A stretch of 64,000 nt of DNA, taken from IMG/VR virus record IMGVR_UViG_3300036939_000082, positions 96,001 to 160,000 of that record; one strand, written 5' to 3'. The position numbers and the translations under genes were made by a program. The DNA comes from a virus. Shown here in pieces: positions 50,401 to 57,413 of this stretch; position 1 is the stretch's first letter; each line of letters begins with the position of its first letter. The notes under the pieces were generated by a model. The model saw only the letters and a program-made list of their open reading frames with translations. It made no database searches and was not told the origin of the DNA.

Positions 50401-53400
50401 GATTTCTCACGCCTTCTACGGCTACATTGCCAAATCCAGTAACTACTTGTCTCGACCTCCCAGAAGCTTCTTGAAGTTCTTTCGCAGCCTGCTTATTTGC
50501 CGATTCAAACTCTTTAAAAGAGGGTATAGTTACTGCAATAAAATCAGCTTGTCGCTGATTAATCTTGTTGATAACATCCTTGACGACCTTTTCGTATTCT
50601 CCACGGTGAAGAGTCTCCCCTATTGTTTTTGCTGTTTTTATTTGAGCTGCATAAGCCTTGATTTCGTCTTCGCCAAACATATTTGTACCCGGTTTCCCCG
50701 GTCTGTCTGACGATCTAATGTTTGACAAAACCGCCATCATGCTATCTCGAAAAGCGTTTAGTTTGCTCGCGTAAGTGCTTTCTGCAGACTTTAGCGCACC
50801 TCTAATCTTTTCAGACGAAGCGGCAGTGTCAATCGATTTATCTCCTTTATCTTTGAATCTAGACAGTTGAATGTCGAAAGCTCTCTCGCTATCTGGTTTA
50901 TCTTTCGATACTTGCGGTAATTTTGTCTTGCTTACGTAAAGGTATTCGGCTTTAATATCTTCAACGTGCAAATTAGCCATCGCCTTCTGGAAATTATTCA
51001 AAAGGTCAATCGCCACATTCTTGCCACCGGCTAACTTCACTAGCTCTTCGTTGCTCGGGGCATTGCCAAATCGAGAAAATTCAGCATCCAACCCGGATCT
51101 TTTCGCTGCCTCCCGGCGTATGTTTTCAAACTGCAAGCCCCGCCCCGCCTTGACATTTTCGCCGCCCCGACCGCTCATTTTTAGCAGTTGGCGACCGATA
51201 TCGGTAACTTGGTACTGTTCTATACCGAATCGGTTGCGACGTTTTTCTACAGCCGCTCCGCTCACGCCCTCGGTAATGCCGTTTTTGTCTTTGAGGTAAT
51301 ATCGGCGTTCTGCATCTGCCAATCCTTTCCCAAAATCAGTTCCCCGCTTGACTTCGGAAATCAAAGCGCGTTCCGATAATGCCTGTTCTTGTCGCTGGGC
51401 TTTAGCTAACTCTTTCTGATAGCGCAGCGCAGCCTTTGATTTGCCAACCCTTTGATCTCCAAGCATTGTCGCTTGCTGCTGAGTTTGGAAGTCTTGAGAA
51501 TAAGCCAGCGGGTTGGCAATTCCGGCAACTGTCGATCTGCGGCGCACTTTATTTGCAACTTCGCTCAAGCCAACCTGTACGTTAGCGCTGCTAGCAACTT
51601 GCTTGACCCGATCGCCCACGCCTGCTATTGCCTCCGAAACTTGCAAGATGCGTCCGACAAACAAGAGCACGTTGCTGGAAATCATCTGGAACGCACCGCC
51701 GATATTCCGCGTCAGCAGCAGCGCGATCGCGAAGACTCCCGAACCGATTACCGGAAGAAATTTAACAAATTGTTCTGCGAGGTTGCCGATGAACCCAGTT
51801 AAATCCGGGGATACATACAGCCCTAAGAATCCCGCTATTCCCTGCATCGCCACATTCAATGCGTCGATCGGGTGCTGGAGGGCGGTGATGATTTTATCTA
51901 AAGTCTGAAATCCGGTAGCGTACTCGTAAGACAAGAATCCGCCGAGTTCGATCAGTCCCACGATCGCGAATTGGATCGGACTCAGCAATCCGTAAATTCT
52001 ACCCAACACGCTAGCAACCGCCAAAATCTCCGGCCAAAAATCCGCAGCAAACCGAACTAATTTATCGAGTTGCAACTGGCGGACGTAAACCATCACCCCG
52101 GCGGTTGCTGCGACTAAATTTTTGGCAAAGAGTTCCGTCAATCTGGTGATTTCACCGATCGGATCTCGGATCAGCCTGACAATTTCAGCAGCGCTTGCCC
52201 CGACGATCGCCCCTACTGTTTTACCCAAATAGGCGATCGCGCCTACTGCCCGCATCGCTGTCTGCTGAAACCCGAAGTTGATGACTCCAAACAAATCGCT
52301 AAAAATTTGCTTGACTAGCGGTACAAAGTTACCGCGCAACAATGCTGCGATCGCGTCACCGTACTGCTGCGTCTTCAGTCGGATCAGTTTAAATGTTGCC
52401 AATATTGCAATCAGCACACCATCTGCCACCGCTACCGCCGCGAGAAGTACGCCCGCTAGCGGGTTTATGACGGAGAACTTAAAGACGTTGGCAAGGATAG
52501 ACGAAACTCCGACAATCTCGTGAACCGTTACCCCAATACCTGTCCCTAATTTGTCAAAGACATCCATAACGGTTGCAGCCATCCCCGGTATCGCCTTCAA
52601 GAATCGGAACAGCACTTCACCGAGATCGACTACCACAAACCGCATGACTTCCAACACCTTGGCGACGGGCATCAAACTGACACCCAAAAGTCTGGTATTG
52701 GCGATCGCGTCTAACATCTCTTGATTGACTGGTTTCAGGATGTTGTACCAAAACAGCATCGTCAGACCCAATCTACTGACAATCTGGACGATCGGGGAAA
52801 CCATCATCAATCCTTGGACGAGCTTGATAAATACTTTCATCGGACCCGATGCGCTTTCAAGGATTTCAACTAGCGATACCAAACGCTTCTCTCTCTCAGC
52901 CAGTCTCCTCGCTGCGGGAGTAGCTAAAACTTGGAATATTTCAGCTTGTTTCCTAGAAATAAAGTCCAGCGGAACTGCACTCCCCGATACCAACCTCGCA
53001 ACTTCGTTCAAGCTCCTATTCAATCCCAGTGCAATATCGACAGGGTTGATGTAGTTAGCAAGATTAAATATTTGGGACAATCCTCCAAAACCACCCTTCT
53101 TAATAATTCCCGCCAATCCTTTGGTTCGGATGTAAAAAGCCAAGAACTTAAAAGCTGCTGCCGGGTTGAGAGCTTTCATCAGGATATTAGAAACGGGACT
53201 TAACCCTTCTCTAAATGCGTAAACTGCTCCCGACATTAAATCGGTAAAAATCTTTCTGTAGCTTGAGAAAAGAGCAACTAATTGTTTTGTCGGAAAAAAC
53301 CTCAGCAGCAGATTTAGGTAGCGGGGCGCAGATGCCACAATTAACTGAAAGAATCCGCCCAGAGCTTTAGTTGCAACCAAAAACGCAGCCGACAAGTGTT

Positions 53401-56400
53401 TGCCGATATAGGGAATTTCGAGGATTAAGCCAGCAATGCCAATTACTGCGCGATCGATCGCCAGCAACATTGTTCTTCCAACAGCAGCAGCGACAGATTG
53501 AGCGTTAAGCGAGATCGCCCGCAGGATATCCGTAATTGGAGTCAGCTTGCTGATAATTTCCTGCAATACCGCCAATACTGGCAAAGTAACGATTGCATTG
53601 AAAGTAAAAATAACGAGAGAGGAAATAGCGGAAATAGTCCTGAGCGCAGCGGGTAAAACGGTTCCAGTCAAAAAGCCCATAATCCCCTGAACTGAAGGAG
53701 ACTTAGCTAGCGACACCAGTGCCTTTTCCATCGGCAAAATAGCAGTCACTAGCGGTATCAGGGGCGGCAGCGCCGAGAAAAGCGGGAAAGAAGTAAATGG
53801 ATTGAAACTTAAAATTGGTTCGATTCCGGCGTAAATTTCCTTCCCAATTTCCTTGGACAAATCTCCGACGCGGTGGAGGTAAGCAATCAGTCCTACTAGC
53901 GGGCCTCGAATAAAATCTTTAATTGCTAAGTAAGTTTTGTCGATATCAACATCGATCGCCATTCCCCCCGGGAACATTGCGGGCATGGACTTCGTAAAAG
54001 TTGTCAATCCCTCGCTCAGCCCCTCATTTAACTTCTGCTTCATCCCGACTGACAGGGAATTGAAAATTTTGTCGGAAGTTTTTTCTAGAAATTCCGGCAT
54101 TGCATCGATCGCGCCCATGAATCCCCGCTCAATTCCCCGGATCAATCCGGTGGAAGTGGCGATCGCAATTAGCCCCGGCATCGCATATAAGAAAGCCCTG
54201 GGAATTCCTTCTCCAATAATGAACGCTAACTCTGGAACGATTAGCGCTGCACCTTCTTCTAACTGAGCTAGCAGAGTTAGCGGCAGCGACGACAAAGTTA
54301 GCAGTGTAAAACTGAGAAAGTCAAAATTTTCTTTAACTCCATCAATAATACCCCGCTCGAAGTCTCTGATTTTTGTAACCGCTTCACCAATAACTGAAAG
54401 CTTTCTAACGGAGTTAGCGACTAAATTAATCGCCCCTCCGAGCAGTTGCTGCTGAGCCTCCATTCTTGAGGATTCTGTTATATCTCCAATACCTAGAAAG
54501 GCACGGTTGACCAAACCTGCAGCGTTCCGAATCCTAATAAATAGCTTTTCTAAAAAGGCGATCGTGTAATCCCACTTTTCTCGAATCATATAGGTCGGTC
54601 CCGGCGATGCCTCAGCCAATCCCCCTTGCAACAATTTGCCAATCTGGGCTACGAAATCAGCAAAAGGTGTCAGCAAGTTTTTGATGTAGTTCAGCGTGTA
54701 ATTCCACGAATTCTCGATCGCCTTGCCAGCCAACTGAAAGGGCTGCGCGACGAACTTGAAAATATCGCCTCCGATCGCCCGCCCGGATTTCCGCCAAGCT
54801 TCAAAAGCCGCGGTCGCATATTCAATCGCACTGCTGACTGCTGCAAACGGAGCGGTTAATACCGAACCCGCAACAGATGTGGGAATATCTAGCGCAGCGA
54901 GCAGCGCTTCTGTAAATCCTTGAATTATTCCAACCGCGAAACCGGCAACGGAACTGACGGCGCTGAAAATAGTACCCAGTAAATTGATTTCTGGGTTGAT
55001 TTGTTCGAGGATGGCGTTCAATGCGAGGAAACTGGCGATCGCGATACCGAGCGGAGACAGCGCAAACGACACCGACATCGAAGCCAGCGACCTCGAAACC
55101 ACTGCAATATTTCGCGCAATCCCGCTCAATCCAAAATTGACATCCCTAGATGTGGAAGCAATCGTGTCAGAGAAAGCTTCCGCAGCAAACGAGGCAGTCT
55201 TGAACGGATTGGAAGCCGTACCTTCAAAAGCTCCCATCGCCGCCGGGAAAAATCCGGTCAGCGGAATCACGCTAGCTTGCAGTGCAATTCCAGCAGCAGT
55301 GGCAGTAGCAGCGGCTTGCGAAAATCCAAACAGCACTACACCGACTGTTCCGACAGCAACCGACACCGCCGCAAACCCTGCCGCAAGCACCCCAACTCCG
55401 GCAATCAATCCTCGAACAGGAGACGGCAGGTTGGCGACTGCCAGCAACAGTTTGGTTGAAGCGTCGGCAATCGCGCGCACGATCGGGGCGATCGGTTCGA
55501 TCAAATTAACCTGAACTGCTTCAAAAGCAGAACTGAGCGATCGGAACGAACCCGCCAGGTTATTTTCCATCACCTGCGCCATCGTTTTAGCTGCGCCGGA
55601 TTTCCCTTTAAATTCAATCCCCAGTTCGCCCATCGCTGAGGTTAGTTTGCTGACTGCCGCATTTGCGTCGGGAGCAGTCGTCAAGATCGCATCAAATAAA
55701 TTCTCGCCTTCGGGTATTTGAAAATATCCCGACAACTGACTTAACTGGGCACTCGAAAGATTTCCTAGATATTCATTTGATTTAACTAGGGCGATCGTAG
55801 CAGCATCTAATTGTTGCAGCGCATTTTGATAGTTGCCTGCTTCCCGCAGGAGCGAAGTAAAAACATCTTTATCTGTGGCTAATTTGTCTATACCCTGAGA
55901 TTTAAACAACTTCTCATAATCTTCAACAGCAAAGGAACTGCCCCTACCCGCCAAGCTCAGGCGAGTAAATTCTTGCATTTGGCCGATCGCAGCCGATGCG
56001 CCCGAGATGCCAGTCGTACCAAAAATATCTTTTAATGCAGTAATTTGCTTTGATTGAGCAATTTGTCCTAATTTTTCTACGTCGTCGCCTGCTTGAATTA
56101 TGGAATCCAAGGAAGCCGGATCTAATTGCAGGTTCGTACCGATATCTTGCATGACATCGACAATATTTCGCATTTTGCCGCTCGTATCGGTCAGCGAAAT
56201 ACCGTATTCGTTTAGCGCCATCCTGCCCCTTAGCGTAGGTGCAGCTAATTTTAGGAATGCTCCCCTCGCAGCCGTTCCAGCTTTATCTGCTTGAATCCCG
56301 GCGTTTGACATTACCCCAATCAACGCCGAGGTTTCTTCAATTCCCGCGCCAAACAGAGCGGCGTTTGGCGCAGCGTAACTCATCGCTACACCCAACTGCT

Positions 56401-57409
56401 GAATGTTGGTATTTGCGCTAGCAGCCGAAAGCGCCATAACATCGGTAATGTGTCCTAAATCGCTAACTCCCATCCGCATCCCGCTGAGCACGTTGGAGGC
56501 AATATCGGCCGATTCAGCCAATCCCAGTTGTCCGGCCGAAGCTAAATCCAAAGTTGCCGGAACCCCCGCAAAAATCTGTTGAGCGTTAAAGCCCGCCGCC
56601 GCCAAATATTTTTCGGCATCCGCAGCCTCTCCTGCGGTAAATCGAGTTGTCGCCCCCAATAACTTGGCTTTTTCCCGCAACCGATCTAAATCCTTGCCAG
56701 TAGCTCGCGAGATAGCTGCCACCGCACTCATCTTGTCGTCAAAATCAGCAAAAACTTGAATGGCTTCTTTTCCGGCTTGCTTCAGAGGATTGAGCGCTAT
56801 ATTCCCAACTTGATTGAGCGCTCCAAACTCGCCCTTCCTTTGGGAGAAAAACGCAGCTTTGCGTTCGGCATCGTGCAGGGCAAGCTTGTCCTTGATGACG
56901 CGCTGCTGCCGTTTGAGGACTTCGGTAAATTCCCGCTCCGCTGCCGTTTCGCCCTGAACTTGCTTTCTTAATTCTTTCAGGTTTTTAACGTAAGCGTTGA
57001 CAGCGGTTGTGGCTTTCTTGAACTGGCGATCGTCTAGCACGTCTCCAAAATCAATATTTGCCGCAGTAGCTTTCAATGCCCTAAACTCAGCTTTTAGAGG
57101 CTGCAAGCTCTTTGCCATGCTTCCGGAAGCAGTGTCGAGCGAGCGGGCTGCAGATTTAAATTGACCTGCCAGCCCGCTGCTGTCTACGGATTTGGAAGCG
57201 TCGGCAACCGCTTTTTCCATGCTGCGCAAGTGTTTGACGACAGATTTCATGGAAGAAAAACTGCCGTCTGCAACTAAGAAATTAAACTGACCAACCAGTC
57301 CGTAACGATCTAGACTCTCTTCCAAGATTGCCCCCAAACAACAAAAGCCGCCCCATTGGGTGGGGCGGCCGACGTAGCGTGATATATTAATTTCATTGAA
57401 TTGTACCAA
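38444..57409 (-). CDS. giant phage tail tape measure protein (TP901-like core); probable start TTG 57325 (~6293 aa)
   Basis: FADFDDKMSAVAAIS.AT...REKAKLLGATTRFTA.EAA...LDLASAG...SADIASNVL; C-terminal YATGG...TGDRVP.LASPGEFVVNAAAT; uninterrupted frame. Confidence 0.92.
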   Translation of the reverse strand: MVQFNEINISRYVGRPTQWGGFCCLGAILEESLDRYGLVGQFNFLVADGSFSSMKSVVKHLRSMEKAVADASKSVDSSGLAGQFKSAARSLDTASGSMAKSLQPLKAEFRALKATAANIDFGDVLDDRQFKKATTAVNAYVKNLKELRKQVQGETAAEREFTEVLKRQQRVIKDKLALHDAERKAAFFSQRKGEFGALNQVGNIALNPLKQAGKEAIQVFADFDDKMSAVAAISRATGKDLDRLREKAKLLGATTRFTAGEAADAEKYLAAAGFNAQQIFAGVPATLDLASAGQLGLAESADIASNVLSGMRMGVSDLGHITDVMALSAASANTNIQQLGVAMSYAAPNAALFGAGIEETSALIGVMSNAGIQADKAGTAARGAFLKLAAPTLRGRMALNEYGISLTDTSGKMRNIVDVMQDIGTNLQLDPASLDSIIQAGDDVEKLGQIAQSKQITALKDIFGTTGISGASAAIGQMQEFTRLSLAGRGSSFAVEDYEKLFKSQGIDKLATDKDVFTSLLREAGNYQNALQQLDAATIALVKSNEYLGNLSSAQLSQLSGYFQIPEGENLFDAILTTAPDANAAVSKLTSAMGELGIEFKGKSGAAKTMAQVMENNLAGSFRSLSSAFEAVQVNLIEPIAPIVRAIADASTKLLLAVANLPSPVRGLIAGVGVLAAGFAAVSVAVGTVGVVLFGFSQAAATATAAGIALQASVIPLTGFFPAAMGAFEGTASNPFKTASFAAEAFSDTIASTSRDVNFGLSGIARNIAVVSRSLASMSVSFALSPLGIAIASFLALNAILEQINPEINLLGTIFSAVSSVAGFAVGIIQGFTEALLAALDIPTSVAGSVLTAPFAAVSSAIEYATAAFEAWRKSGRAIGGDIFKFVAQPFQLAGKAIENSWNYTLNYIKNLLTPFADFVAQIGKLLQGGLAEASPGPTYMIREKWDYTIAFLEKLFIRIRNAAGLVNRAFLGIGDITESSRMEAQQQLLGGAINLVANSVRKLSVIGEAVTKIRDFERGIIDGVKENFDFLSFTLLTLSSLPLTLLAQLEEGAALIVPELAFIIGEGIPRAFLYAMPGLIAIATSTGLIRGIERGFMGAIDAMPEFLEKTSDKIFNSLSVGMKQKLNEGLSEGLTTFTKSMPAMFPGGMAIDVDIDKTYLAIKDFIRGPLVGLIAYLHRVGDLSKEIGKEIYAGIEPILSFNPFTSFPLFSALPPLIPLVTAILPMEKALVSLAKSPSVQGIMGFLTGTVLPAALRTISAISSLVIFTFNAIVTLPVLAVLQEIISKLTPITDILRAISLNAQSVAAAVGRTMLLAIDRAVIGIAGLILEIPYIGKHLSAAFLVATKALGGFFQLIVASAPRYLNLLLRFFPTKQLVALFSSYRKIFTDLMSGAVYAFREGLSPVSNILMKALNPAAAFKFLAFYIRTKGLAGIIKKGGFGGLSQIFNLANYINPVDIALGLNRSLNEVARLVSGSAVPLDFISRKQAEIFQVLATPAARRLAEREKRLVSLVEILESASGPMKVFIKLVQGLMMVSPIVQIVSRLGLTMLFWYNILKPVNQEMLDAIANTRLLGVSLMPVAKVLEVMRFVVVDLGEVLFRFLKAIPGMAATVMDVFDKLGTGIGVTVHEIVGVSSILANVFKFSVINPLAGVLLAAVAVADGVLIAILATFKLIRLKTQQYGDAIAALLRGNFVPLVKQIFSDLFGVINFGFQQTAMRAVGAIAYLGKTVGAIVGASAAEIVRLIRDPIGEITRLTELFAKNLVAATAGVMVYVRQLQLDKLVRFAADFWPEILAVASVLGRIYGLLSPIQFAIVGLIELGGFLSYEYATGFQTLDKIITALQHPIDALNVAMQGIAGFLGLYVSPDLTGFIGNLAEQFVKFLPVIGSGVFAIALLLTRNIGGAFQMISSNVLLFVGRILQVSEAIAGVGDRVKQVASSANVQVGLSEVANKVRRRSTVAGIANPLAYSQDFQTQQQATMLGDQRVGKSKAALRYQKELAKAQRQEQALSERALISEVKRGTDFGKGLADAERRYYLKDKNGITEGVSGAAVEKRRNRFGIEQYQVTDIGRQLLKMSGRGGENVKAGRGLQFENIRREAAKRSGLDAEFSRFGNAPSNEELVKLAGGKNVAIDLLNNFQKAMANLHVEDIKAEYLYVSKTKLPQVSKDKPDSERAFDIQLSRFKDKGDKSIDTAASSEKIRGALKSAESTYASKLNAFRDSMMAVLSNIRSSDRPGKPGTNMFGEDEIKAYAAQIKTAKTIGETLHRGEYEKVVKDVINKINQRQADFIAVTIPSFKEFESANKQAAKELQEASGRSRQVVTGFGNVAVEGVRNLGTAMQQSSNLLEGQVTSTRNTLARTFFGWTGIPKILESMRFDKTIAIQARIVQARTEKLIQSEASAALLLKRARERGLDALVKNNPIHGNLDGLLRKLREPEHKQLHQFFNQFIETGKFQREATGQEITKLTGMLEASFGEKRSEFKGVDGLKTFLDRLKSAPDLNKEDIQKLRRFLTHGTGDRGKQLKETDFDTLQKQLTNAGIGGKDELNDLRNSLRRDDSLAAVFDQYLLTGKFVLKASQEQQEQIASLIGLSSARELKNIDKVKLKNPLEQLKVNVQVFLENLDAGFERFNRSTIDKIDSLESKLIKIPFMSVEMAENIVRPLRNFYSGIYKSALSAKDSSIKLAGDLYKAAEVSIKGSKFVQRIEKLNKDFRTAQRNSLEHMMTEGREKAPKTHYQFMGQMFAELTKTDIKDRKTQDTILQSILKDQKDSNGNNISIKDRLNKLGMSNKIEDITKALGKALDVNEARAREIIENPNYTAKSVAPYQVFFAKAFPELIKNFTGGVTALAAKTGAGGLVKKIVADISPVLGKPVLIGISSIIDRARIAMSVGTNRIAREVEGLIGTNPFSNFLNNFSRFLARSGDSMSKFFVDRASGFDAERAKSWTVKIVDKAGELFKAVAGVLGQAGNQARSQQGGILGAIGNLFSGIKNFFSNVFGNKDIANLQKHKAAAERLAQSQGDSRLGLAAKRRAATLGDRIEYTKQFNSPASKAKAALFGLAELLKTASQKVGQGADALNARSRQAAIPQSETTIREASRGGRRHYRSLERRGLIDSADVSIDSGMAEYGNNILPLTEKISASILKGASSAARGISTYFQGAATRTETAWQEATNRITGNNWWTMVKRAAWAGVKIVSSLNHRASDVTSAAWKNTEHSTTANMNQMAQAAAGTGAEIARDMQRATQVTQQSIARIPQAAEQATTKSVGFFHKLVGAVGGVGKAGMAVGGAVTAAGFAAQTAFFSLQNMGFIDEETAQSLYKVTELFTLIGAVGGLAAPVLAALGASFGAIVSVSGATIAGLTGIGGAIAGAVGAAALPLAPLIAGVAAIGLAAGGLYLAFKNNFLGIGSLARSAGDMLSQALSAPIAFVTAAWQRFIDAFGGKLMAIVQPALNVAQGLINALNHNPTEKIPTAWEGAVASITGSIQGMVAPAKGVGEEMSESLQADDAKQRRKTEFINSIALGATGEKQKLSWQDNLQIGFGKVVAALTSVLSPLDSVGKKLDTQAQLLHAQIRQQQTAQAQTLWRFATNKERNKNLATRIEAMLQRRFSREAPPQLSHSARSMGGFVQRGSPTVTAPAMLGTLQQSGAGKSISKFGNLLKPIFGLGMLGELGTLILGIGGITTALSVLTLAFTTDFADIRTKTVKLTTAISNLFSGSVQAIQKAWTGFVHWFLDMPLVDTALEIALGLIDALNHNPTEKIPTAWEGAVERISGAMNWLLTPAKEVAGILTGIFSPVGNFFSGKAKQANLVVSQGKEAVVNTKNSLTNTYVGMEGFFTQGSRAIESELYLHRGLFVSIVSTLDRIAFYTKSLLALLDKPQEETRSLATAQAPDLGKSSVSAQRKYQIGLGLKGEGWEKRTEQSRQKDISNDLDQQKRGWNPLEGIPLLDKVHIPDFIEIRNVFDKESAFRTQVQTQMQKEELKIADTILQGLNSKSLSSQAEYAGLATKITVQKKGLGGLLGQTEDVYKINQAGQKYIEEQLAASAKNQEGMFSNARLSATAASVGAKIPDRALLDKALVGQDSLNDAIKLAPGQPGKSQQIVQLEAINSVLGEILMAINTLHPPMQLPVKQAIADRSRENLLPLEVAETSSAQKFLSFLIQGIKENAPKIANSIQGTVKSGIDKTKDFISSRKQDFIEKKTYLAAKAGAGIFSGAAPKTANTVGVGVTGAIGLGDLGAASTNAAWVNTASAITANINSLVQPAEDSGYELQKAVSEGSPGPTYWIRHYWEKTVGAIGGWMGDIQANAKETGSILRGNLTNSASEILLSPPTNDLKSQAIRAASFFALAVGDRYQYLADRGVGSASILFAPGMEYVTSSLSQLGNDLVDFVGRSAKALLTLNFVELGDAARDFFGNFKYGVGGVLSGFNSMSLSAIAFGLFSLSGISPLLLVLGGVAFTAAVIAANFLGIRTILTGLIKIGIGAGKILAGALWGLVEAAGAFKTIALGILPALKGDFTLIQEGFRGLGFAFENFGRSADDGLKVIARGSFQVLRGIGEAIEQVFRPLGFTLKRATESINNFFLAFKSGEQAGEMVASILINAVKSVTDAVAFAIDSVKHHFPAIKQLFAEQVDLAVQSIKNGIFQVQESIKNFTFKDAITGISQLFGSIDGSSESIPDRLKRLVPGITEALTAPLKYVGDFWRGFFNTILVALPPDIAAAVQKGFGGAISAVESKFRQIMKMLNVEEYFDRAIVKVQSSWQQLGDWLRQSDLFRVAGDRLREAFKPENISQAFLSTVNILEAAWSKFVGWMSGTNLFSWLFDRLLKVGLEFTLFSGLLREKWSEVQKSLATGQIFQGFFDRLKDLSGRLSAWAIEVGLKFEIPAIQNLFVKIALLGERLSNTVAFIQEKWNKLSVWLSETPMIPGALDFLTLIGTKFGETISWIKSEWPNFITFLSSADLFTGISAKMKNFGESIPSLFEKVKEQIAKIIPSINGAIASVQAQWQRLTEFLNRKDLFLTVLTGLQDFSSRVPQLFEQALQEVPIAFGKAADWIKRKWEKFAAEFQTILTPIADFAKWLGQTLIGLLNHSPTVKIPEAWKEAVTKITNSLLQLIAPATWVATQIIAKFNLLDVIKNGFKSLNGFISNFATSLFSEVQQPLTDLIGIVISASKSAIDFGQTLFDIARAVNSGAIASDEMTSKLTGVSSAVRHLGEFLGWILKNLGQFSQGLTSAGRDTDRAASAGKDFGQVVGKILAGIVNFSTTVLPPLFKVLWVFTQIGIELSAFALKFVWAFRFVLDWPARVMTAVLGLYKSVLRFVALLSSFSRKSKEAFAGVQEGFASFKAQLAGVALTASEIAGSFLGFAKDIGTFGLKMAGVVAEILVGLKDVGVALFKLGLDVSLPFDIFSVFKGIPDIIASIGVLGSNATELKGRLMSELGELGAAIAQFLEQPLKTVGAIWEKTGGKIVGAIAGIGRKAKQTGQQLQGDLSEASPGPTYWIRKNWVNTTETIQSRLSDLALSAKIEGNAIYRFLDRSLTALSPSKIAEAGEALGGLKFDAKLAMSSVSRNPVESQTNLHRITARQVRLNDLYKQGAIDSKVYTQGLKNLESAHRRVTLAVEQDTAARKQVGESVRSLSLSIGSVLSNIAPQLATPIFMMNDLVTSFLDIRTAMPGMRAFYATNAASSVAADSAIAASALTKAGIVGGANGAIAASYGFVAGAAKLAYKSMIVPLLPFLPLILGISSALFLLYRSYKDNIGGIQEVVENAKNSLGNFSSWILESISSVASAIVGTVAGIIGSLIQAGKFAFTVFGVLVESLLRIGAALAVFSSLTQIGGLFVSAGAFVAGLSLALIEFSTIATGVAGIFSGVLVPVILSGLSAILASATAAISPFLPFIPLLLGIVAVGWVLGKVFSFIGSIVAGVFGGIWDSIAQVTGTLFQEIDSVWSALVELGNTIVEPFAQIFGTIASIFSGVDGNISGLASSIINVLLIPVKTLTFSLIKIIKTISFVLIGVIKTLGFVFNAVSKIVRAVATVGAAIAGTVVTLTLAANFGAVLAGITGAVGAIGSAVSGVGSALATIGGVFAAAVVPAVTGGIGAVIAGISAAVVAAAPFLAIISGVVAVGWVLKETFVVVGSAITRVFQGIWNLIQWVVTNSMGVLANIPFVGGLFAPSLRSQPLPSHPLQVQPVQRYATGGLISGMGTSTGDRVPILASPGEFVVNAAATRSNLPLLESINQGDRVEVSSLRALPVPATPIPLPPAASSQTTEFNVQFVFGDIVVQGANPSFAAEELLGEIMKHLESPQAQRVIRTQLRDIVEKAKQ
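57326..57378 (-). promoter_or_regulatory. leader motif B copy 2, before the TMP
   Basis: gctacgtc-ggccgcccca-cccaa-tggggcggct-tttgttgtttgggg; TGGTACAAT at 57400-57408. Confidence 0.75.
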
Positions 57410-57413
57410 AAAT

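Noticed and set aside
39135-56971. Many + strand ORFs opposite the TMP, and similar ORFs opposite the spike, lysin and helicase
   Set aside because: Antisense shadows of long coding frames with no independent motifs.
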